Source: Acidobacteriota bacterium
GTDB taxonomy: Bacteria > Acidobacteriota > UBA6911 > JACQSX01
Direction: 5' to 3'
Assembly: GCA_036507075.1 (NCBI GenBank)
Contig: DASXQR010000008.1
Location: 1-17,470, forward strand
Length of the DNA stretch: 17,470 nucleotides
Shown here piece after piece: positions 8,393 to 17,433 of the stretch. Below the pieces are notes generated by a model. That model did no database searches and was not told the DNA's origin. It worked only from the letters and a program-made list of their open reading frames with translations. Both the position numbers and the translations under genes were made by a program. Position 1 is the stretch's first letter, and every line of letters starts with the position of its first letter.

Positions 8393-8533
8393 GCGCAACA
8401 CACTTCGCACTAAGAGGGCGGCAAGTCTCCGATGATTTGGTTTGTTGTCTCCTTAGCAAGTAGGATTCGCAGACACAAATAATGCCCGTGACCTGCTGTC
8501 TGCAATAGCAGCGCGCAAGGAGCGGATTCAAAA

Positions 8534-11500
8534 ATGCAAACCAGTCTATTTTCTCGCCTGGCTATCATTGCTTTCATTGTCTGCCCGCTGGCATTGCGCC
8601 TGTCCTTGGCGCAGACGGATCGCGGCACCATCGAAGGATTCGTGACCGATGCGAGCGGGGCCGCAATTGAGAACGCCAGGGTCCAGATTGTTCAGATTGA
8701 GACCAATACGACCATAGAAGTGGTGACCAACGAGCTTGGCCGCTACTTTGTGGCTAATCTTCCTCTCGGAACGTACCGGGTGGTAGTGCAGCAGCAAGGT
8801 TTTCGAACCGCGCGCTGGGAGCCGATTCTGATTCACTCGCAAACTCGAGCCCGCGTGGATATCACCCTTCAGGTGGGAGCTTTGACCGAAACCATACAAG
8901 TTACTTCGGAAGCGCCGTTGCTTGATGCTTCCAGCGCCGCCCTTACCACCGGCCTGACCACGAAGTTTATCGAGGAACTGCCGCTGATCACCATCGGCAG
9001 AAAGCGGGACATCACAGCCTTTTTGCGCTACCTACCCGGTGTAACACGTGATTCCACTTGGGGAGCGCGGGTCAACGGCGCCAACCCCGGCAACTCGGAG
9101 GTGTTCATCGATGGGGCTCCGGGAAGCATGGGAAATGTGCGCGGCGGCATCCAGGAAAACGGACCTGCAGTTGAGCACGTTGGTGAATTCAGCATCATTA
9201 CCAACGCCTTTAACGCCGAATATGGCCGCACCGGTACTTGGCTCACCAATATTACGATTCGCTCCGGCACCAACGAATTGCATGGCAGCATATTTAATTA
9301 CTTCGCCAACGACAAGCTAAACGCCCGGTCCTTCTTCCAGAATCAGCGCACCATTGTGCGCCAGAACGAAGGAGGCTTTACTGTCGGAGGCCCAGTATAC
9401 TTGCCGAAGATCTATGACGGTCGCAACAAGACGTTTTTCTTCGTCGGCCAGGATCTTTTCTGGAATCGCCAGGCGGCGCAGGGGAATCGCCTCACCATTC
9501 CGCGCGAGGATTTCCGCCGGGGCGACTTCAGCAATCTGCGCGACGCGTCCGGAGTGATCCCAATTTTTGATCCGGTGACCACGCGCCCGGACGGCAAAGG
9601 AGGTTTTGTTCGCGACCCATTTCCGGGCAATATCATGCCGCCAAACCGGATCAGCTCGATCGCCCGAAAAATGGTGGATCTGATGCCTCCCCCCGACTTG
9701 GCGCAACTGCAATCGGAGAACTGGTTTAATCGTACTGGCGTGGCGCCGAAATTCGACACTTGGGTAACTACTATAAAACTTGACCACAATGTCTCAGAAA
9801 AACAGAAGATGACGGTAACCTACAGTGACCAGACCCGCCCCCGACTGATTGCCGGGCGCGGCTGGGGTCTGGACACTCCTCTTGAGGGTTTTCAAGACCA
9901 GCATATCGATACGCATACGGGCCGGTTCAATCATGACTACATTTTTGCACCCACGCTGTTGAGCCATTTTACTTTTGGCGTTGATCGCTACCGCAATCCG
10001 GCCGTGACCAATACCATCGGCCAGGGATGGAATGAGAAGTTGGGCATACGTGGACTGCCGTGGGATGCCGGCGCCTTTCCTTCTGTCAGCTTTACTGGAG
10101 GGAGCGCGCGCCCTATTGACTTGAGCGGCGCGCCCAATTCTCTGACTGCCAACGGCCGGGTAACCTTTAACGAGAATCTTACCTGGATCCGCGGGCGCCA
10201 CAGCATGAAGTTTGGATTCGCCTACTATCGCGAATACCAGAACTCGTTTGAAGCTCGTGACGGAAGCGGCAACTTCCAGTTCAGCAATACGACCACCAGC
10301 CAGCCGAATGCGGGCGCCAACTTCACCCGCTGGGGGCATGCGTTTGCCAGCTTCCTGTTGGGTGAAGTGCATCAGGCGCAAACCCGCTCGCCGTTTATTC
10401 GCGGCACCCGCTTCCGCTACTACGGCTTATTCGCCCAGGATGAGTGGCGCGCCACTTCACGCTTTACCCTTTCTTACGGGCTGCGCTGGGATTTTACGCC
10501 GGCCGCCTTCGACATAAACGATCGAGCCACCACTTTTGATCCCACCGTGCCGAATCCAGGCGCGGGCGGGCGCCTGGGCGCTCTGGTTTTTGCCGGCGAG
10601 GGCTCGGGGCGCATCGGTCGCCGTCGCCTGGCTGACAACTGGTACTGGGGATTCGGACCCCGTCTCGGGCTTGCCTACCAGCTCAATGCCAAGACCGTCC
10701 TGCGCGCTTCCGGGGGCAATTATTATGCGCCCAGCTTGCAGCCCCGGCTGCCGGCCGATGGCTTTCAAGCTGTCCCCATTTTCACCTCGGCGGACGGCTT
10801 TTCACCCGTTTATGACTGGGCCAGTATTTTCCCTCAGAATTTTGACCGGCCTCCTTTTATCGATCCCACATTTCAGAACCAGCAGAACATTGACTGGGTG
10901 GGGCGGGATAACGCCCGGCCGCCGCAAATTCTCACCTGGACTTTCAGCATCCAGCGCGAGATCACCTCGAATCTGGTGCTCGATGTAAGCTACGTCGGGC
11001 ACCATGCGACGCACCTGGTGGCCCAGAGTCCTCTGGCTCGTCGTAATGTTGTCGACTCGGCATTCCTTTCCCTGGGACCCTTGTTGACGCAACGCATCAC
11101 GTCGCCGGCAGCGATTGCGGCTGGGTTTAAACCGCCATTTCCCGGATTTGAGAACTACCGCACCAATACCGTAGCGCAAGCGCTCAAGCCTTACCCTCAG
11201 TACAATGACATCAACAAGGTGAACGATCCCATCGGTATCTCCCGCTTTCACTCCCTGCACGTGAAAGCAACCAAGCGCTATTCAAGCGGGTTTACGCTGT
11301 TGACCTTTTGGACCTGGAACAAGAACATGACCAACGTCGAGGGGGGGCCGATCGATCTGGGGCCGGGCGACGGGCCGCTCCAGAACCCCCTGGATCGAGC
11401 GGGAGAGGTGTCCGTCAGCAATGAGGGGCCGCCTCACGTCCTTGTCTGCAGCTTCTCATATGATCTGCCGTTTGGACCGGGCAGGCGCTTTCTGCCGAGC

Positions 11501-11989
11501 GGAAGTCTGGCCAGGCACCTGGTGGGCGGGTGGCAGATTGTAGCCTATTTCCGGCGTGCTTCCGGCGACGCATTGAGCATTACTACGGGGAACAATCTGG
11601 GCGCGCTTGGCTATCCCAACAAGCGGGCCAATTACGTCTTGGGCCAACAGGTGTATCGGCAGTCTGATGCTGGAAAATTTGATCCGGCGCGCGATTCTTT
11701 CTTGAATCCGGACGCATTTGCCATTCCCGGCAGTTTTGAGCTGGGCAACACGGCGCGCGTGCTCGACTGGGCTCGCGGTTGGACCAACAAAAGCGAGGCA
11801 CTCTCGATCGGCAAGCGCACGCGCATCAACGAAAGAGTAAGCACGCTGTTTCGCGCCGACATGGAGAACCCGTTCAATTTTGTTCGCTGGAGCAATCCGG
11901 TCACCAACCGCAGCGACAGTAACTTTGGCCGCGTGATCAGCACACAACCGGGCCGGCAGATCCAGCTCAGTCTGGCGGTTGAATTCTAA
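8534..11989 (+). CDS. TonB-dependent receptor (Oar-like) with N-terminal carboxypeptidase-regulatory-like domain
   Basis: AAGGAG RBS. Signal peptide ending SLA-QTDRGTIEG. Motifs VTDASGA, FNAEYGR, SGTNELHGS, FAQDEWR, PRLGLAY, YDLPFGPGR. C-terminal Phe (AVEF). Confidence 0.95.
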   Translation: MQTSLFSRLAIIAFIVCPLALRLSLAQTDRGTIEGFVTDASGAAIENARVQIVQIETNTTIEVVTNELGRYFVANLPLGTYRVVVQQQGFRTARWEPILIHSQTRARVDITLQVGALTETIQVTSEAPLLDASSAALTTGLTTKFIEELPLITIGRKRDITAFLRYLPGVTRDSTWGARVNGANPGNSEVFIDGAPGSMGNVRGGIQENGPAVEHVGEFSIITNAFNAEYGRTGTWLTNITIRSGTNELHGSIFNYFANDKLNARSFFQNQRTIVRQNEGGFTVGGPVYLPKIYDGRNKTFFFVGQDLFWNRQAAQGNRLTIPREDFRRGDFSNLRDASGVIPIFDPVTTRPDGKGGFVRDPFPGNIMPPNRISSIARKMVDLMPPPDLAQLQSENWFNRTGVAPKFDTWVTTIKLDHNVSEKQKMTVTYSDQTRPRLIAGRGWGLDTPLEGFQDQHIDTHTGRFNHDYIFAPTLLSHFTFGVDRYRNPAVTNTIGQGWNEKLGIRGLPWDAGAFPSVSFTGGSARPIDLSGAPNSLTANGRVTFNENLTWIRGRHSMKFGFAYYREYQNSFEARDGSGNFQFSNTTTSQPNAGANFTRWGHAFASFLLGEVHQAQTRSPFIRGTRFRYYGLFAQDEWRATSRFTLSYGLRWDFTPAAFDINDRATTFDPTVPNPGAGGRLGALVFAGEGSGRIGRRRLADNWYWGFGPRLGLAYQLNAKTVLRASGGNYYAPSLQPRLPADGFQAVPIFTSADGFSPVYDWASIFPQNFDRPPFIDPTFQNQQNIDWVGRDNARPPQILTWTFSIQREITSNLVLDVSYVGHHATHLVAQSPLARRNVVDSAFLSLGPLLTQRITSPAAIAAGFKPPFPGFENYRTNTVAQALKPYPQYNDINKVNDPIGISRFHSLHVKATKRYSSGFTLLTFWTWNKNMTNVEGGPIDLGPGDGPLQNPLDRAGEVSVSNEGPPHVLVCSFSYDLPFGPGRRFLPSGSLARHLVGGWQIVAYFRRASGDALSITTGNNLGALGYPNKRANYVLGQQVYRQSDAGKFDPARDSFLNPDAFAIPGSFELGNTARVLDWARGWTNKSEALSIGKRTRINERVSTLFRADMENPFNFVRWSNPVTNRSDSNFGRVISTQPGRQIQLSLAVEF

Positions 11990-12861
11990 TGTTAGCGGCT
12001 TCTGTTCTGTTACTTTCGCTGGCAGCCGCACCGGCCGATGATGGGGGCAGGCGGCTGCTCGATGAGGCCACGGCCCGCTATCGCGCGCTGCAATCCTCCG
12101 AGGCCGCGCGCCTGTATGAACAGTACCTGGCGCGTTATCCGGACCGCGCTGATGTCCGGTTTTACTTGGGCGCCGCGCTTTTCAATCTGAACCAGTTGGA
12201 GGCGGCCGCTGAACAGGCCCGGCGCGCGCTGGAACTGGACGGCAACTACGCGCGCGCCTATGCGCTGCTGGGGCGCGTCCACACAGAGCAGAAAGACTGG
12301 CGGCTGGCGGAAGAGGCTTACCAGACGGCGCTGCGGCTGGATGGGCAGGACCGCGACACCTGGTACTTTCTCGGCCGCTGTTACTATGAAGAGAATCGCT
12401 TTAAACCGGCGCTGGAAGCCTTTCAGCGCGCGTTGAGCTTGAAGGCTGAATACAGCCGGACCTATGAGAACCTCGCATTGACCTACGAAGCGTTGAGCCA
12501 GTACGGCGCGGCCGAAAAAGCCTACCGCCGAGCTATTGAATTGGCAGGATCGCACTACCGTCCCTTCTTCGCCTACGGCGTTTTCCTCTATAAGCAAATG
12601 CGTACGGAGGAAAGCTTGCTAATGCTTCAAAAAAGTGTGCAAGCAGACCCGAACGCTGCCGAAGCCCGTTTTCGGCTGGGGACAGTGTTGCTGAGAATGG
12701 GCCGTCTTGAGGCGGCAGCGGCGCAGACGGAGCGGGCGCTCGATTTGGCCCGAGAATGCCGTTTTCGCTATCAACTCATTCGAATCTACATCCAGCAAGG
12801 CAGAATGGCTGAGGCGGATGAACAAGCCAGACAGATCAGAGGATGTGAAACTCATCGGTAG
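11989..12861 (+). CDS. Exported tetratricopeptide repeat protein
   Basis: TAATG overlap with the TBDR stop. Hydrophobic N-terminus. Repeated TPR motifs (FYLGAAL, ALLGRVH, YFLGRCY, ENLALTY, FAYGVFL, FRLGTVL). Confidence 0.9.
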   Translation: MLAASVLLLSLAAAPADDGGRRLLDEATARYRALQSSEAARLYEQYLARYPDRADVRFYLGAALFNLNQLEAAAEQARRALELDGNYARAYALLGRVHTEQKDWRLAEEAYQTALRLDGQDRDTWYFLGRCYYEENRFKPALEAFQRALSLKAEYSRTYENLALTYEALSQYGAAEKAYRRAIELAGSHYRPFFAYGVFLYKQMRTEESLLMLQKSVQADPNAAEARFRLGTVLLRMGRLEAAAAQTERALDLARECRFRYQLIRIYIQQGRMAEADEQARQIRGCETHR

Positions 12862-14803
12862 ATTGCCCGATTCGTTCTTCGCTATTTCACTGCCGGTGCG
12901 GCGAGTCGTTCTTCTTGCCGCAGTCACGGTTGCCGGCGTGTTCGCGATGGCAGGGCTTGGAAACGCCTGTGGTCGCGCGGGCGCCGGGCCGCCAGCGCCG
13001 GTAGTGACAAAAGTCGAGCCGCCTAGTTGGTGGGCTGCACATACGATCAATCCGGTGCGCCTGCTGGTTCGCGGTGCCAACCTTGCCGGGGCGCGTGTGA
13101 CGGCCACACGGCCCGAAACTGTGCCCACTGCGACGAGGGCGAACGGATCGGGCACTTATTTGTTCGTGGACGTGAAGATCGACCCCGGCGCCAGAGCCGG
13201 CCAATATTCACTGGTTGTGCAAACAGACTCGGGCCGGGCGATCATCCCATTCCATCTTGAAACGCGGCTGGATCCGGCTCATAACTTTCAGGGGATCAGC
13301 GGCGACGACGCCATTTACCTGATCATGCCTGACAGATTCGCCAACGGTGACCCATCCAATGATCTGCCCTCAGGGGCGCCTGGCGCGTCGACCGACCGGC
13401 AAAATCCCCGCGCTTATCACGGCGGCGACCTCCGTGGCGTGATCGAAAAGCTACCGTATTTGAAGCAACTGGGTGTGACCGCTTTATGGTTGAATCCCTG
13501 GTACGATAATTGGAACGGACTGCGCGAATGCGACAAACCATGGTGTCCGACCACCCACTATCATGGCTATCACGCGATTGATTATTACGGCGTGGAAGAT
13601 CGATTTGGTGCTTTGTCCACGCTCCAAGAGCTAACCGCCAAAGCGCATGCGCTGGGGTTAAAAGTGATCCAGGATCAAGTGGCCAATCATGTCGGCTGGT
13701 ATCATCCCTGGGTCAAAGATCCGCCGCAGGACAATTGGTTTCACCCCATGCAGGTCAGCCGGCCGTTCCGGGCCGATCTGCTTTTGTCGCCCCACGCCAG
13801 CCGATCGGCCCGGCAATCCATGCTGGACAGTTGGTTTACCGAAGATTTACCGGATCTGAATCAAGACGAGCCGGAAGTCGCGAGGTACGAGATTCAGAAC
13901 GCGCTGTGGTGGGTCGGAATAACCGGCCTGGACGGAATTCGACAGGACACGGCTCAGTATATGCCGCGCACTTTTATCCACGCGCTGGCCGCCGCGTTGC
14001 ACCGTGAATACCCGAGACTATGGATGGTGGGAGAGGTTTTTAATCGCGATCCGGCGCACACTGCGTTCTTTATGGGAGGGCGCAAGGGGTGGGATGGAGT
14101 GGACACGGGGCTCGACTCGGTCTTCGACTTCCCGTTGTGGCAGACGTCCATTGATGTTTTCACCAACAAGAAACCGGTCCATGCCCTGCGCGATGTGTTG
14201 AAGTACGACGCGATCTATCCGGATTCGTCGCGCTTGACCACTATGACAGGCAACCACGACGTGCGCCGTTTCCTTTCACTGGAAGGAGGAACGCTGGAAG
14301 GGGCGATGCTTCACACTGCCTTCATCTTGACGGTTCGAGGGACGCCGCAACTTTACTACGGGGATGAAATTGCCATGGGAGGCGGAAATGACCCTGACAA
14401 TCGCCGCGACTTTCCCGGTGGTTTCCCGGGTGACAAACGAAATGCCTTTCAGCAGCAGGAACGGAGCAGCGAGGAGCAGCGCATGTATCAATGGACCCAT
14501 GACTGGCTTTACTTGCGGCGCGAGCATCCGGCAATCCGGCGCGGTGTTCTGATGGACCTGGCATTTGATGAAGAAACTTACGCCTATGCGCGGCGCAGCG
14601 CGGATGAAACGGTCGTTATTGCCATCAACCGCGCCGGCGCGCCGCGAAAGATTTCCGCCTCAGCTGGCGCGCTGGGTGTCCCGGACGGGACTCAATTTAC
14701 GCCGTTGCTGGCAGCCCAAGATGCCGGCAATGTCACGGCCGGAGTCGTCACATTGACTCTGCCGGCAAAGGCGATGGTCGCCTACAGAGTGAACCGTCAG
14801 TAA
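12845..14803 (+). CDS. GH13 alpha-amylase family enzyme, cyclomaltodextrinase/neopullulanase-like, exported (start uncertain: 12818, 12845 or 12896)
   Basis: N-domain VTKVEPPSWWA; IYLIMPDRFANGDPSND; YHGGDLRG; YHGYHAID; conserved regions DQVANH, GIRQDT, MVGEV and GNHD; GTPQLYYGDE. Signal-like RRVVLLAAVTVAGVFAMAG. Confidence 0.92.
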   Translation: MKLIGRLPDSFFAISLPVRRVVLLAAVTVAGVFAMAGLGNACGRAGAGPPAPVVTKVEPPSWWAAHTINPVRLLVRGANLAGARVTATRPETVPTATRANGSGTYLFVDVKIDPGARAGQYSLVVQTDSGRAIIPFHLETRLDPAHNFQGISGDDAIYLIMPDRFANGDPSNDLPSGAPGASTDRQNPRAYHGGDLRGVIEKLPYLKQLGVTALWLNPWYDNWNGLRECDKPWCPTTHYHGYHAIDYYGVEDRFGALSTLQELTAKAHALGLKVIQDQVANHVGWYHPWVKDPPQDNWFHPMQVSRPFRADLLLSPHASRSARQSMLDSWFTEDLPDLNQDEPEVARYEIQNALWWVGITGLDGIRQDTAQYMPRTFIHALAAALHREYPRLWMVGEVFNRDPAHTAFFMGGRKGWDGVDTGLDSVFDFPLWQTSIDVFTNKKPVHALRDVLKYDAIYPDSSRLTTMTGNHDVRRFLSLEGGTLEGAMLHTAFILTVRGTPQLYYGDEIAMGGGNDPDNRRDFPGGFPGDKRNAFQQQERSSEEQRMYQWTHDWLYLRREHPAIRRGVLMDLAFDEETYAYARRSADETVVIAINRAGAPRKISASAGALGVPDGTQFTPLLAAQDAGNVTAGVVTLTLPAKAMVAYRVNRQ

Positions 14804-14820
14804 TAGGGAGCTGTTTCTTT

Positions 14821-15243
14821 TTACTTTCCGTTTTCGCGCGCCGAGCCCCGCAGCTCCATCTTCTCCGGGTCCCAATGGATGATCTTGTTCTCGAAGAACG
14901 CGTCGTTTGTAAGCAAAGCGGGGCCGGCGGCGCGGAAGCCGAAAACGGCGTCTTCGACCACAGGTTTGCGAGTGCGCACCGCCTCAAAGAAGTTGCGGAA
15001 GTGATCGAGGTGTTCGCTGTAATTGCGAGGCGGAAGATAACGCTCTTCCTGTTCGGAACGGATTTGATCCGGCTGTCCGGGATACTTCTGCCGGTAATCG
15101 GCCAGGAACTGCTGCTGGATGGACTTGGGGAAGGTATTGATCGTGTAGCCTGGTTCTTTGGATCGCGGCGAACGCGTCACGGTTATGCCGGCTGAGCCCA
15201 GTTGGAGCACGCCTTCCGTGCCTATAAAACGAAAACCGGAATT
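14821..15243 (-). pseudogene. C-terminal third of a Gfo/Idh/MocA-family oxidoreductase, 5' end missing
   Basis: NSGFRFIGTEGVL..HLDHFRNFFEAVRTRKPVVEDAVFGFRAAGPALLTN..IHWDPEKME is a typical family C-terminus. No Rossmann domain lies upstream; the sequence switches to a recombinase fragment. Confidence 0.8.
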
Positions 15244-15343
15244 CCTTCCAATCGATATCGCTCAGACGAAGCTCGGTGATATCGCCTGCTCGGAGTCCCA
15301 GACGTGCAAGTAGAAGTAAAATCGCACGATCCCGCTTGCCCAA
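15242..15343 (-). pseudogene. About 35-codon fragment of a tyrosine recombinase (box I, catalytic Arg)
   Basis: GKRDRAILLLLARLGLRAGDITELRLSDIDW. No HxxR or catalytic Tyr motif follows in any frame examined. Confidence 0.85.
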
Positions 15344-15777
15344 AAGAGCTAAAAACTTGGGGAGACCACCTTAAGAAGAAGAGACTGGACCTCTCAGACT
15401 GCTCCGAAAAGAGGTGGCTAAACAGATCGGCGTGGACGAGACGTCAATCTACCACTGGGAGTCCAACCGGAAAGAACCACGTATCTGGCTGCGGCGGCGC
15501 GTGGTCGATTTCCTTAGATACATTCCGTACGCCTTTCCAAAATCGTTTGGTGAATGGCTAATAAATGGTGCGGCAGGCTCAAGGGTACTCGCGAAAGCGA
15601 TTTGCGAAAGTCATTGGAGTGGACGAATCCACGCTGTGGCGGTGGGAGTCAGGAAGCCGTGACCCATCCGAACGGTACCGCACGATCATCACAAGATTCT
15701 GTTCAGAAGAATTCAGAGGATCTCAGTCTGAAGTCCGGGAGCGAATTACCGCAGCGCCACCAGCGCCCCATCCGTAA
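15338..15777 (+). pseudogene. Tandem XRE-family HTH protein with two frameshifts and a missing 5' end
   Basis: PKELKTWGDHLKKKRLDL /2 extra nt at CTCTC 15391-15395/ RLLRKEVAKQIGVDETSIYHWESNRKEP..SFGEWLI /1 extra nt near 15564/ MVRQAQGYSRKRFAKVIGVDESTLWRWESGSRDP. Confidence 0.85.
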
Positions 15778-15812
15778 GGATTACTTTTACGTTCAAAGAA
15801 GTGTGTTGAAAT

Positions 15813-16256
15813 CTAAACCGTCGTGCCGGTTCTCTCCAGAGGTGCGGCCACCCAACGAGTCTCATCGGCTTTCAGCAGACGGTAGTATTCACATTGTAAG
15901 TAGCGGGCTAAAAATTTGCCTTCCTGATAGCGCTGAGCAGAGTCTACTTCCAGGCGCTTTGAAAGGATGCTGCTCAGACGAGGGAATTCGGCACATTGGC
16001 GGGGATCGCGAAATTTCCGGCGACAATATTTCGCCCCATTTACTGGGCTGATGCGCTTAGCAGCTCCAAGTATCGCCGCCGTGACAGTCTCGTTAGTCAA
16101 AACCAATTCGCTCCGGCCCAGCTTTTTGAGAACCGCTGGCGCGGATGGAGGCGGCCGTACCGCCAAAGCCACCGTGTCGTCGAATCGCGCCCGATCTCGT
16201 ACGCCTTCTGCCGATACATAAACTGGAGAAGCAATCCGATGATCTTGTATTGACAC
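15813..16256 (-). other. Unassigned ORF, possibly degraded coding sequence
   Basis: 147-codon frame co-oriented with the upstream gene. No recognisable motif or clear RBS. Confidence 0.2.
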
Positions 16257-16271
16257 CCGAACCGTGTGGCA

Positions 16272-16787
16272 TCAAAAACGTCCTTTTCGCCGTTGTGAGC
16301 TTGTTACAGCTCCGTGTTGAATCTCCGGCAAATCAGCTTCGACTTCTATTTCCTGTGGGAAATCGCCTAGCCGATCCTTGACCCTGTAAGTGTAAGAAGG
16401 CATGCTACTCAGTCTTGACGAAAGCTTAAATTTTACTGTGACCACGGCGACCCTCTTCTCACCCTCTGATACCGGCCACACCCCGAGAGCTGCCTGGATA
16501 GCCTGAACCATCACAGCAGGATTCTTCACTTTGCCATTTGGGCCTATGACGTCATGGGAGACGATCTTGACCTCGGAGACCCGACCTCCCTCTGCAGTTA
16601 ACTCAACTGTGAACTCTCCTTGGATCCGAGCTCGTCGGTACAATTCCGGATAAACCGGAACGACATGAAATTTAGGTCGGCCTGATTCTGTGAGCCCCTC
16701 TCCTGATCCCACAACAATCAAAAGACTGACGCTAATGGCAATATTTCTCCATCTCTTTATGGAAGTCCTGGGATGCTGTGCTGTCAT
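16272..16787 (-). CDS. TonB C-terminal domain-containing protein with short linker
   Basis: GAGGGG lies 10 nt before the ATG. One hydrophobic segment (IAISVSLLIVVG). PVYPELYRRARIQGEFTVEL..GGRVSEVKIVS..AIQAALGVW..VTVKFKL matches the TonB_C pattern. Confidence 0.7.
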   Translation of the reverse strand: MTAQHPRTSIKRWRNIAISVSLLIVVGSGEGLTESGRPKFHVVPVYPELYRRARIQGEFTVELTAEGGRVSEVKIVSHDVIGPNGKVKNPAVMVQAIQAALGVWPVSEGEKRVAVVTVKFKLSSRLSSMPSYTYRVKDRLGDFPQEIEVEADLPEIQHGAVTSSQRRKGRF

Positions 16788-17244
16788 TTACGTTGTTCCC
16801 CTCGGTGAATCTCAAAGCCGTCAAGCTACTTGGAGCTGCCGCAGTGGACGCGCTAAACCGCGCATCTTTGGAAAAATGGAGCAATGTAAGGATGGGACAG
16901 ATATTGATCGATGACGTGAATACGGGTAGCTGATCCGGGTAGCCTCTCTTGCTTCCCTCAATAATTTGGCCATAGCGGTCAGAACTGATCTCGGTGATCG
17001 TTGTGTCGTTTCGCACCGTCTCGGCTCGGACCTTGCGCTGCTGGACGGTGACCGTAAAGGGGAACACTCCCTTCGCAGTGGAGGCTACCCCGTTGAGGCG
17101 GAAGTTTGTGGCGTCAAGCGCCTTGCCGCCATATTTTGCAACCACATCGTCCACCAATTTTTGGGCCGTAGGGGTAGATTGGCCGATGACATGGCAAAAA
17201 ATAGAAAATGTAACAACGAGAAAGGAAACAAAGGCGCGACGCAT
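16732..17244 (-). CDS. Exported hypothetical protein, possibly LolA-like fold, probably 3'-truncated
   Basis: GGAGG RBS 6 nt before the ATG. Signal peptide MRRAFVSFLVVTFSIFCHVIG-Q. TAQKLVDDVVAKYGG followed by beta-rich segments. The tail overlaps the next gene by 56 nt. Confidence 0.6.
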   Translation of the reverse strand: MRRAFVSFLVVTFSIFCHVIGQSTPTAQKLVDDVVAKYGGKALDATNFRLNGVASTAKGVFPFTVTVQQRKVRAETVRNDTTITEISSDRYGQIIEGSKRGYPDQLPVFTSSINICPILTLLHFSKDARFSASTAAAPSSLTALRFTEGNNVNDSTASQDFHKEMEKYCH

Positions 17245-17316
17245 ACAAACCTCCTGACTTTGCAGGATGCTTATTTAATGCTCCGCTGGTAAATGCATCC
17301 GGGAAGAATCAATAAA

Positions 17317-17344
17317 AATGTAGACTGGAAAATTATGGTGTCAA
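17317..17344 (-). promoter_or_regulatory. Sigma70-type promoter for the 17244 gene
   Basis: Minus strand TTGACA (17344-17339), 16-nt spacer, TACATT (17322-17317), in an AT-rich stretch about 70 nt upstream of the ATG. Confidence 0.6.
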
Positions 17345-17433
17345 GCGGGCGGCTGCATTATTGGTTATACCATTAAAACTTGACTCTGGATCGAGACTGT
17401 GCGTTGAGCGCAGATCTAAAAATGGGTCGCGCA

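Noticed and set aside
12707..12844. ORF-track starts at 12707 (also 2792 and 4646)
   Set aside because: These extensions overlap other genes or precede better RBS plus signal-peptide starts (about 12845, 2840, 4685).
15238..15245. EcoRI site at the junction as proof of a cloning chimera
   Set aside because: GAATTC also occurs several times inside intact genes here, and the other junctions lack it.
14984..15343. 119-aa ORF as a functional integrase
   Set aside because: Only the first ~35 aa are recombinase-like. The rest is an off-frame reading of the oxidoreductase tail, with no HxxR or Tyr motif.
17411..17423. CAGATCTAAAAAT as a third copy of the repeat palindrome
   Set aside because: Short partial match only, with no flanking similarity or symmetry.
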